Assembly: GCA_964016885.1 (NCBI GenBank)
Contig: OZ024743.1
Location: 374,170,001-374,234,000 of the forward strand
DNA: 64,000 nt
Direction: 5' to 3'
From: Eledone cirrhosa
Taxonomy: Eukaryota
Every line of letters starts with the position of its first letter. The stretch's first letter is position 1. The notes beneath the pieces are model-generated. The model did no database searches and was not told the origin of the DNA. It saw only the letters and a list, made by a program, of their open reading frames with translations. Position numbers and translations under genes: made by a program. This document shows positions 1 through 11,600 of the stretch, in pieces.

Positions 1-3000
1 AACACTTGTTACACTTTATGGTGCAGAGAACAAAGTACTACTGACTTACCCTATATGTTTATAGCCAACACGTGTTGCACTTTATGGTGCAGAGAACAAA
101 GTACCACTGACTTACTCTACATGTTTATAGCCAACACTTGTTGCACTTTAGGATGCACAGAACAAAGTACTACTGACTTACTCTACATGTTTATAGCCAA
201 AACTTGTTGCACTTTATGGTGCAGAGAACACAGTACTACTGACTTACTCTACGTGTTTATAGCCAACACTTGTTGCACTTTAGGATGCAGAGAACACGGT
301 ACTACTGACTTACTCTACATGTTTATAGCCAACACTTGTTGCAGTTTATGGTGCAGAGAACAAAGTACTACTGACTTACTCTACATGTTTATAGCCAACA
401 CTTATTGCACCTATGTTGCACATAACAGTACTACTGAATACACAACATTTTTATAGCCAACACTTGTTGCACTTTATGGTGCGGAGAACACGGTACTACT
501 GACTTACTCTACATGTTTAGAGCCAACACTTGTTGCACTTTATGGTGCAGAGAACACTGTACTACTGACTTACTCTACATGTTTATAGCCAACACTTGTT
601 GCACCTATGTTGCACATAACACAGTACTACTGACTTACACTACATGTTTATAGCCAACACTTGTTGCACTTTATGGTGCAGAGAACACGGTACTACTGAC
701 TTACTCTACATGTTTATAGCCAACACTTGTTGCACTTTATGGTGCAGAGGAAACGGTACTGCTGACTTACTCTATTTGTTTATAGCCAACACTTGTTGCA
801 CTTTAGGATGCAGAGAACACGGTACTGCTGACTTACTCTACATGTTTATAGCCAACACTTGTTGCACTTTAGGATGCAGAGAACACGGTACTACTGACTT
901 ACTATACATGTTTATAGCCAACACTTGTTGCACTTTATGGTGCAGAGAATACGGTACTACTGACTTACTCTACATGTTTATAGCCAACACTTGTTGCACT
1001 TTATGGTGCAGAGAACACGGTACTGTTGACTTACTCTACATGTTTATAGCCAACACTTGTTGCACTTTAGGATGCAGAGAACACGGTACTGCTGACTTAC
1101 TCTACATGTTTATAGCCAACACTTGTTGCACTTTATGGTGCAGAGAACACGGTACTACTGACTTACTCTACATGTTTATAGCCAACACTTGTTGCACTTT
1201 ATGTTGCAGAGAACACGGTACTACTGACTTACTCTACATGTTTATAGCCAACACTTGTTGCACTTTATGGTGCAGAGAACACGGTACTACTGACTTACTC
1301 ACATGTTTATAGCCAACACTTGTTGCACTTTAGGATGCAGAGAACACGGTACTACTGACTTACTCTACATGTTTATAGCCAACACTTGTTGCACTTTATG
1401 GTGCAGAGAACACAGTACTACTGACTTTCTCTACATGTTTATAGCCAACACTTGTTGCACTTTATGGTGCAGAGAAGACGGTACTACTGACTTACTCTAC
1501 ATGTTTATAGCCAACACTTATTGCACTTTATGGTGCAGTGAATACAGTACTACTGACTTACTCTACATGTTTATAGCCAACACTTGTTGCACTTTATGGT
1601 GCAGAGAACAAAGTACTACTGACTTACTCTACATCTTCATAGCCAACACTTGTTGCACTTTATGGTGCAGAGAACACAGTACTACTGACTTAGTCTCCAT
1701 GTTTATAGCCAACACTTGTTGCACTTTATGGTGCAGAGAACAAAGTACTACTGACTTACTCTACATGTTTATAGCCAACACTTGTTGCACTTTAGGATAC
1801 AGAGAACACAGTACTACTGACTTACTCTACATGTTTATAGCCAACACTTGTTACACTTTATGGTGCAGAGAACAAAGTACTACTGACTTACCCTATATGT
1901 TTATAGCCAACACGTGTTGCACTTTATGGTGCAGAGAACAAAGTACTACTGACTTACTCTACATGTTTATAGCCAACACTTGTTGCACTTTAGGATGCAC
2001 AGAACAAAGTACTACTGACTTACTCTACATGTTTATAGCCAACACTTGTTGCACTTTATGGTGCAGAGAACACAGTACTACTGACTTACTCTACGTGTTT
2101 ATAGCCAACACTTGTTGCACTTTAGGATGCAGAGAACATGGTACTACTGACTTACTCTACATGTTTATAGCCAACACTTGTTGCAGTTTATGGTGCAGAG
2201 AACAAAGTACTACTGACTTACTCTACATGTTTATAGCCAACACTTATTGCACCTATGTTGCACATAACAGTACTACTGACTTACACAACATGTTTATAGC
2301 CAACACTTGTTGCACTTTATGGTGCGGAGAACACGGTACTACTGACTTACTCTACATGTTTAGAGCCAACACTTGTTGCACTTTATGGTGCAGAGAACAC
2401 GGTACTACTGACTTACTCTACATGTTTATAGCCAACACTTGTTGCACCTATGTTGCACATAACACAGTACTACTGACTTACACTACATGTTTAGAGCCAA
2501 CACTTGTTGCACTTTATGGTGCGGAGAACACGGTACTACTGACTTACTCTACATGTTTATAGCCAACACTTGTTGCACCTATGTTGCACATAACACAGTA
2601 CTACTGACTTACTCTACATGTTTATAGCCAACACTTGTTGCACCTATGTTGCACATAACACAGTACTACTGACTTACTCTACATGTTTATAGCCAACACT
2701 TGTTGCACTTTATGGTGCAGAGAATACGGTACTACTGACTTACTCTACATGTTTATAGCCAACACTTGTTGCACTTTATGGTGCAGAGAACACGGTACTG
2801 CTGACTTACTCTACATGTTTATAGCCAACACTTGTTGCACTTTATGGTGCAGAGAACACGGTACTGCTGACTTACTCTAAATGTTTATAGCCAACACTTG
2901 TTGCACTTTAGGATGCAGAGAACACAGTACTACTGACTTACTCTACATGTTTATAGCCAACACTTGTTACACTTTATGGTGCAGAGAACAAAGTACTACT

Positions 3001-6000
3001 GACTTACCCTATATGTTTATAGCCAACACGTGTTGCACTTTATGGTGCAGAGAACAAAGTACCACTGACTTACTCTACATGTTTATAGCCAACACTTGTT
3101 GCACTTTAGGATGCACAGAACAAAGTACTACTGACTTACTCTACATGTTTATAGCCAAAACTTGTTGCACTTTATGGTGCAGAGAACACAGTACTACTGA
3201 CTTACTCTACGTGTTTATAGCCAACACTTGTTGCACTTTAGGATGCAGAGAACACGGTACTACTGACTTACTCTACATGTTTATAGCCAACACTTGTTGC
3301 AGTTTATGGTGCAGAGAACAAAGTACTACTGACTTACTCTACATGTTTATAGCCAACACTTATTGCACCTATGTTGCACATAACAGTACTACTGAATACA
3401 CAACATTTTTATAGCCAACACTTGTTGCACTTTATGGTGCGGAGAACACGGTACTACTGACTTACTCTACATATTTAGAGCCAACACTTGTTGCACTTTA
3501 TGGTGCAGAGAACACTGTACTACTGACTTACTCTACATGTTTATAGCCAACACTTGTTGCACCTATGTTGCACATAACACAGTACTACTGACTTACACTA
3601 CATGTTTATAGCCAACACTTGTTGCACTTTATGGTGCAGAGAACACGGTACTACTGACTTACTCTACATGTTTATAGCCAACACTTGTTGCACTTTATGG
3701 TGCAGAGAAAACGGTACTGCTGACTTACTCTATTTGTTTATAGCCAACACTTGTTGCACTTTAGGATGCAGAGAACACGGTACTGCTGACTTACTCTACA
3801 TGTTTATAGCCAACACTTGTTGCACTTTAGGATGCAGAGAACACGGTACTACTGACTTACTATACATGTTTATAGCCAACACTTGTTGCACTTTATGGTG
3901 CAGAGAATACGGTACTACTGACTTACTCTACATGTTTATAGCCAACACTTGTTGCACTTTATGGTGCAGAGAACACGGTACTGTTGACTTACTCTACATG
4001 TTTATAGCCAACACTTGTTGCACTTTAGGATGCAGAGAACACGGTACTGCTGACTTACTCTACATGTTTATAGCCAACACTTGTTGCACTTTATGGTGCA
4101 GAGAACACGGTACTACTGACTTACTCTACATGTTTATAGCCAACACTTGTTGCACTTTATGTTGCAGAGAACACGGTACTACTGACTTACTCTACATGTT
4201 TATAGCCAACACTTGTTGCACTTTATGGTGCAGAGAACACGGTACTACTGACTTACTCTACATGTTTATAGCCAACACTTGTTGCACTTTAGGATGCAGA
4301 GAACACAGTACTACTGACTTACTCTACATGTTTATAGCCAACACTTGTTACACTTTATGGTGCAGAGAACACGGTACTACTGACTTACTCTACATGTTTA
4401 TAGCCAACACGTGTTGCACTTTATGGTGCAGAGAACAAAGTACTACTGACTTACTCTACATGTTTATAGCCAACACTTGTTGCACTTTAGGATGCACAGA
4501 ACAAAGTACTACTGACTTACTCTACATGTTTATAGCCAACACTTGTTGCACTTTATGGTGCAGAGAACACAGTACTACTGACTTACTCTACGTGTTTATA
4601 GCCAACACTTGTTGCACTTTAGGATGCAGAGAACATGGTACTACTGACTTACTCTACATGTTTATAGCCAACACTTGTTGCAGTTTATGGTGCAGAGAAC
4701 AAAGTACTACTGACTTACTCTACATGTTTATAGCCAACACTTATTGCACCTATGTTGCACATAACAGTACTACTGACTTACACAACATGTTTATAGCCAA
4801 CACTTGTTGCACTTTATGGTGCGGAGAACACGGTACTACTGACTTACTCTACATGTTTAGAGCCAACACTTGTTGCACTTTATGGTGCAGAGAACACGGT
4901 ACTACTGACTTACTCTACATGTTTATAGCCAACACTTGTTGCACCTATGTTGCACATAACACAGTACTACTGACTTACACTACATGTTTAGAGCCAACAC
5001 TTGTTGCACTTTATGGTGCGGAGAACACGGTACTACTGACTTACTCTACATGTTTATAGCCAACACTTGTTGCACCTATGTTGCACATAACACAGTACTA
5101 CTGACTTACTCTACATGTTTATAGCCAACACTTGTTGCACCTATGTTGCACATAACGCAGTACTACTGACTTACACTACATGTTTAGAGCCAACACTTGT
5201 TGCACTTTATGGTGCAGAGAACACGGTACTACTGACTTACTCTACATGTTTATAGCCAACACTTGTTGCACCTATGTTGCACATAACACAGTACTACTGA
5301 CTTACACTACATGTTTAGAGCCAACACTTGTTGCACTTTATGGTGCGGAGAACACGGTACTACTGACTTACTCTACATACTTTTTTATAGCCAACACTTG
5401 TTGCACTTTAGGATGCAGAGAACACGGTACTGCTGACTTACTCTACATGTTTATAGCCAACACTTGTTGCACTTTAGGATGCAGAGAACACGGTACTGCT
5501 GACTTACTCTACATGTTTATAGCCAACACTTGTTGCACTTTATGGTGCAGAGAACACGGTACTACTGACTTACTCTACATGTTTATAGCCAACACTTGTT
5601 GCACTTTAGGATGCAGAGAACACGGTACTGCTGACTTACTCTACATGTTTATAGCCAAAACTTGTTGCACTTTATGGTGCAGAGAATACGGTACTACTGA
5701 CTTACTCTACATGTTTATAACCAACACTTGTTGCACCTTATGGTGCAGAGAACACGGCACTACTGACTTACTCTACATGTTTATAGCCAACACTTGTTGC
5801 ACTTTAGGATGCAGAGAACACAGTACTACTGACTTACTCTACATGTTTATAGCCAAAATTTGTTGCACTTTATGGTGCAGAGAACACGGTACTGCTGACT
5901 TACTCTACATGTTTATAGCCAACACTTGTTGCACTTTAGGATGCAGAGAACACGGTACTACTGACTTACTCTACATGTTTATAGCCAACACTTGTTGCAG

Positions 6001-8660
6001 TTTATGGTGCAGAGAACAAAGTACTACTGACTTACTCTACATGTTTATAGCCAACACTTATTGCACCTATGTTGCACATAACAGTACTACTGAATACACA
6101 ACATTTTTATAGCCAACACTTGTTGCACTTTATGGTGCGGAGAACACGGTACTACTGACTTACTCTACATGTTTAGAGCCAACACTTGTTGCACTTTATG
6201 GTGCAGAGAACACTGTACTACTGACTTACTCTACATGTTTATAGCCAACACTTGTTGCACCTATGTTGCACATAACACAGTACTACTGACTTACACTACA
6301 TGTTTATAGCCAACACTTGTTGCACTTTATGGTGCAGAGAACACGGTACTACTGACTTACTCTACATGTTTATAGCCAACACTTGTTGCACTTTATGGTG
6401 CAGAGAAAACGGTACTGCTGACTTACTCTATTTGTTTATAGCCAACACTTGTTGCACTTTAGGATGCAGAGAACACGGTACTGCTGACTTACTCTACATG
6501 TTTATAGCCAACACTTGTTGCACTTTAGGATGCAGAGAACACGGTACTACTGACTTACTATACATGTTTATAGCCAACACTTGTTGCACTTTATGGTGCA
6601 GAGAATACGGTACTACTGACTTACTCTACATGTTTATAGCCAACACTTGTTGCACTTTATGGTGCAGAGAACACGGTACTGTTGACTTACTCTACATGTT
6701 TATAGCCAACACTTGTTGCACTTTAGGATGCAGAGAACACGGTACTGCTGACTTACTCTACATGTTTATAGCCAACACTTGTTGCACTTTATGGTGCAGA
6801 GAACACGGTACTACTGACTTACTCTACATGTTTATAGCCAACACTTGTTGCACTTTATGTTGCAGAGAACACGGTACTACTGACTTACTCTACATGTTTA
6901 TAGCCAACACTTGTTGCACTTTATGGTGCAGAGAACACGGTACTACTGACTTACTCTACATGTTTATAGCCAACACTTGTTGCACTTTAGGATGCAGAGA
7001 ACACAGTACTACTGACTTACTCTACATGTTTATAGCCAACACTTGTTACACTTTATGGTGCAGAGAACAAAGTACTACTGACTTACCCTATATGTTTATA
7101 GCCAACACGTGTTGCACTTTATGGTGCAGAGAACAAAGTACTACTGACTTACTCTACATGTTTATAGCCAACACTTGTTGCACTTTAGGATGCACAGAAC
7201 AAAGTACTACTGACTTACTCTACATGTTTATAGCCAACACTTGTTGCACTTTATGGTGCAGAGAACACAGTACTACTGACTTACTCTACGTGTTTATAGC
7301 CAACACTTGTTGCACTTTAGGATGCAGAGAACATGGTACTACTGACTTACTCTACATGTTTATAGCCAACACTTGTTGCAGTTTATGGTGCAGAGAACAA
7401 AGTACTACTGACTTACTCTACATGTTTATAGCCAACACTTATTGCACCTATGTTGCACATAACAGTACTACTGACTTACACAACATGTTTATAGCCAACA
7501 CTTGTTGCACTTTATGGTGCGGAGAACACGGTACTACTGACTTACTCTACATGTTTAGAGCCAACACTTGTTGCACTTTATGGTGCAGAGAACACGGTAC
7601 TACTGACTTACTCTACATGTTTATAGCCAACACTTGTTGCACCTATGTTGCACATAACACAGTACTACTGACTTACACTACATGTTTAGAGCCAACACTT
7701 GTTGCACTTTATGGTGCGGAGAACACGGTACTACTGACTTACTCTACATGTTTATAGCCAACACTTGTTGCACCTATGTTGCACATAACACAGTACTACT
7801 GACTTACTCTACATGTTTATAGCCAACACTTGTTGCACCTATGTTGCACATAACGCAGTACTACTGACTTACACTACATGTTTCGAGCCAACACTTGTTG
7901 CACTTTATGGTGCAGAGAACACGGTACTACTGACTTACTCTACATGTTTATAGCCAACACTTGTTGCACCTATGTTGCACATAACACAGTACTACTGACT
8001 TACACTACATGTTTAGAGCCAACACTTGTTGCACTTTATGGTGCGGAGAACACGGTACTACTGACTTACTCTACATACTTTTTTATAGCCAACACTTGTT
8101 GCACTTTAGGATGCAGAGAACACGGTACTGCTGACTTACTCTACATGTTTATAGCCAACACTTGTTGCACTTTAGGATGCAGAGAACACGGTACTGCTGA
8201 CTTACTCTACATGTTTATAGCCAACACTTGTTGCACTTTATGGTGCAGAGAACACGGTACTACTGACTTACTCTACATGTTTATAGCCAACACTTGTTGC
8301 ACTTTAGGATGCAGAGAACACGGTACTGCTGACTTACTCTACATGTTTATAGCCAACACTTGTTGCACTTTATGGTGCAGAGAATACGGTACTACTGACT
8401 TACTCTACATGTTTATAACCAACACTTGTTGCACCTTATGGTGCAGAGAACACGGCACTACTGACTTACTCTACATGTTTATAGCCAACACTTGTTGCAC
8501 TTTAGGATGCAGAGAACACAGTACTACTGACTTACTCTACATGTTTATAGCCAAAATTTGTTGCACTTTATGGTGCAGAGAACACGGTACTGCTGACTTA
8601 CTCTACATGTTTATAGCCAACACTTGTTGCACTTTAGGATGCAGAGAACACGGTACTACT
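1..8660 (+). repeat. Higher-order repeat block with periods of 2958 and 2698 bp (about 45 and 41 monomers), roughly three related copies
   Basis: The rare marker GAATACACAACATTTTTATAG occurs only at 436, 3394 and 6092 (spacings 2958 and 2698). ORF starts 644/3602/6300 and 5180/7878 show the same offsets and the same order of variant monomers. Confidence 0.9.
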
Positions 8661-11600
8661 GACTTACTCTACATGTTTATAACCAACACTTGTTGCACCT
8701 TATGGTGCAGAGAACACGGTATTACTGACTTACTCTACATGTTTATAGCCAACACTTGTTGCACTTTATGGTGCAGAGAACACGGTACTACTGACTTACT
8801 CTACATGTTTATAGCCAACACTTGTTGCACTTTAGGATGCAGAGAACACGGTACTACTGACTTACTCTACATGTTTATAGCGAACACTTGTTGCACTTTA
8901 TGGTGCAGAGAACAAAGTACTGACTTACTCTACATGTTTATAGCCAACACTTGTTGCACTTTATGGTGCAGAGAACACGGTACTGCTGACTTACTCTACA
9001 TGTTTATAGCCAACACTTCTTGCACTTTAGGATGCAGAGAACACGGTACTACTGACTTACTCTACATGTTTATAGCCAACACTTGTTGCACTTTAGGATG
9101 CACAGAACACGGTACTACTGACTTACTCTACATGTTTATAGCCAACACTTGTTGCACTTTATGGTGCAGAGAACACGGTACTACTGACTTACTCTACATG
9201 TTAATAGCCAACACTTGTTGCACTTTAGGATGCAGAGAACACGGTACTACTGACTTACACTAAATGTTTATAGCCAACACTTGTTGCACTTTAGGATGCA
9301 GAGAACACGGTACTACTGACTTACTCTACATGTTTATAGCCAACACTTGTTGCACTTTATGGTGCAGAGAACACGGTACTACTGACTTACTCTACATGTT
9401 TATAGCCAACACTTGTTGCACTTTATGGTGCAGAGAACACGGTACTACTGACTTACTCTACATGTTTATAGCCAACACTTGTTGCACTTTATGGTGCAGA
9501 GAAAACGGTACTACTGACTTACTCTACATGTTTATAGCCAACACTTGTTGCACTTTAGGATGCAGAGAACACGGTACTATTGACTTACTCTACATGTTTA
9601 TAGCCAACACTTGTTGCACTTTATAGTGCAGAGAACAAAGTACTACTGACTTACTCTACATGTTTATAGCCAACACTTGTTGCACTTTATTGTGCAGAGA
9701 ACAAAGTACTACTGACTTACTCTTCATGTTTATAGCCAACACTTGATGCACTTTATGGTGCAGAGAACAAAGTACTACTGACTTACTCTACATGTTTATA
9801 GCCAACACTTGTTACACTTTATGGTGCAGAGAACAAAGTACTACTGACTTACCCTATATGTTTATAGCCAACACGTGTTGCACTTTATGGTACAGAGAAC
9901 AAAGTACTACTGACTTACTCTACATATTTATAGCCAACACTTGTTGCACTTTAGGATGCACAGAACAAAGTACTACTGACTTACTCTACATGTTTATAGC
10001 CAACACTTGTTGCACTTTATGGTGCAGAGAACACAGTACTACTGACTTACTCTACGTGTTTATAGCCAACACTTGTTGCACTTTAGGATGCAGAGAACAC
10101 GGTACTACTGACTTACTCTACATGTTTATAGCCAACACTTGTTGCAGTTTATGGTGCAGAGAACAAAGTACTACTGACTTACTCTACATGTTTATAGCCA
10201 ACACTTTTGCACCTATGTTGCACATAACAGTACTACTGACTTACACAACATGTTTATAGCCAACACTTGTTGCACTATATGGTGCAGAGAACACGGTACT
10301 ACTGACTTACTCTACATGTTTAGAGCCAACACTTGTTGCACTTTATGGTGCAGAGAACACGGTACTACTGACTTACTCTACATGTTTATAGCCAACACTT
10401 GTTGCACCTATGTTGCACATAACACAGTACTTCTGACTTACACTACATGTTTAGAGCCAACACTTGTTGCACTTTATGGTGCGGAGAACACGGTACTACT
10501 GACTTACTCTACATGTTTATAGCCAACACTTGTTGCACCTATGTTGCACATAACACAGTACTACTGACTTACTCTACATGTTTATAGCCAACACTTGTTG
10601 CACCTATGTTGCACATAACGCAGTACTACTGACTTACACTACATGTTTAGAGCCAACACTTGTTGCACTTTATGGTGCAGAGAACACGGTACTACTGACT
10701 TACTCTACATGTTTATAGCCAACACTTGTTGCACCTATGTTGCACATAACACAGTACTACTGACTTACACTACATGTTTAGAGCCAACACTTGTTGCACT
10801 TTAGGATGCAGAGAACACGGTACTGCTGACTTACTCTACATGTTTATAGCCAACACTTGTTGCACTTTAGGATGCAGAGAACACGGTACTGCTGACTTAC
10901 TCTACATGTTTATAGCCAACACTTGTTGCACTTTATGGTGCAGAGAACACGGTACTACTGACTTACTCTACATGTTTATAGCCAACACTTGTTGCACTTT
11001 AGGATGCAGAGAACACGGTACTGCTGACTTACTCTACATGTTTATAGCCAACACTTGTTGCACTTTATGGTGCAGAGAATACGGTACTACTGACTTACTC
11101 TACATGTTTATAACCAACACTTGTTGCACCTTATGGTGCAGAGAACACGGCACTACTGACTTACTCTACATGTTTATAGCCAACACTTGTTGCACTTTAG
11201 GATGCAGAGAACACGGTACTACTGACTTACTCTACATGTTTATAGCCAAAACTTGTTGCACTTTATGGTGCAGAGAACACGGTACTGCTGACTTACTCTA
11301 CATGTTTATAGCCAACACTTGTTGCACTTTAGGATGCAGAGAACACGGTACTACTGACTTACTCTACATGTTTATAACCAACACTTGTTGCACCTTATGG
11401 TGCAGAGAACACGGTATTACTGACTTACTCTACATGTTTATAGCCAACACTTGTTGCACTTTATGGTGCAGAGAACACGGTACTACTGACTTACTCCACA
11501 TGTTTATAGCCAACACTTGTTGCACTTTAGGATGCAGAGAACACGGTACTACTGACTTACTCTACATGTTTATAGCGAACACTTGTTGCACTTTATGGTG

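Noticed and set aside
66-77. E-box (CANNTG, including CACGTG) array as a regulatory element
   Set aside because: The motif is short and is a by-product of the CAACA/TGTTG dyad. It is destroyed in many variants, and there is no nearby gene or binding evidence.
55-120. tRNA-, 5S- or snRNA-derived tandem gene unit; zinc-finger or FNIP 22-aa repeat
   Set aside because: There is no cloverleaf or Pol III A/B box. The Cys/His spacing (CC-x3-C-x2-H) does not fit C2H2 fingers, and no FNxP motif is present.
147-153. Telomere-like TTTAGG/TTAGG motif in the GGA-type monomers
   Set aside because: It is a single 5-6 bp match per monomer and is never tandem, which is expected by chance.
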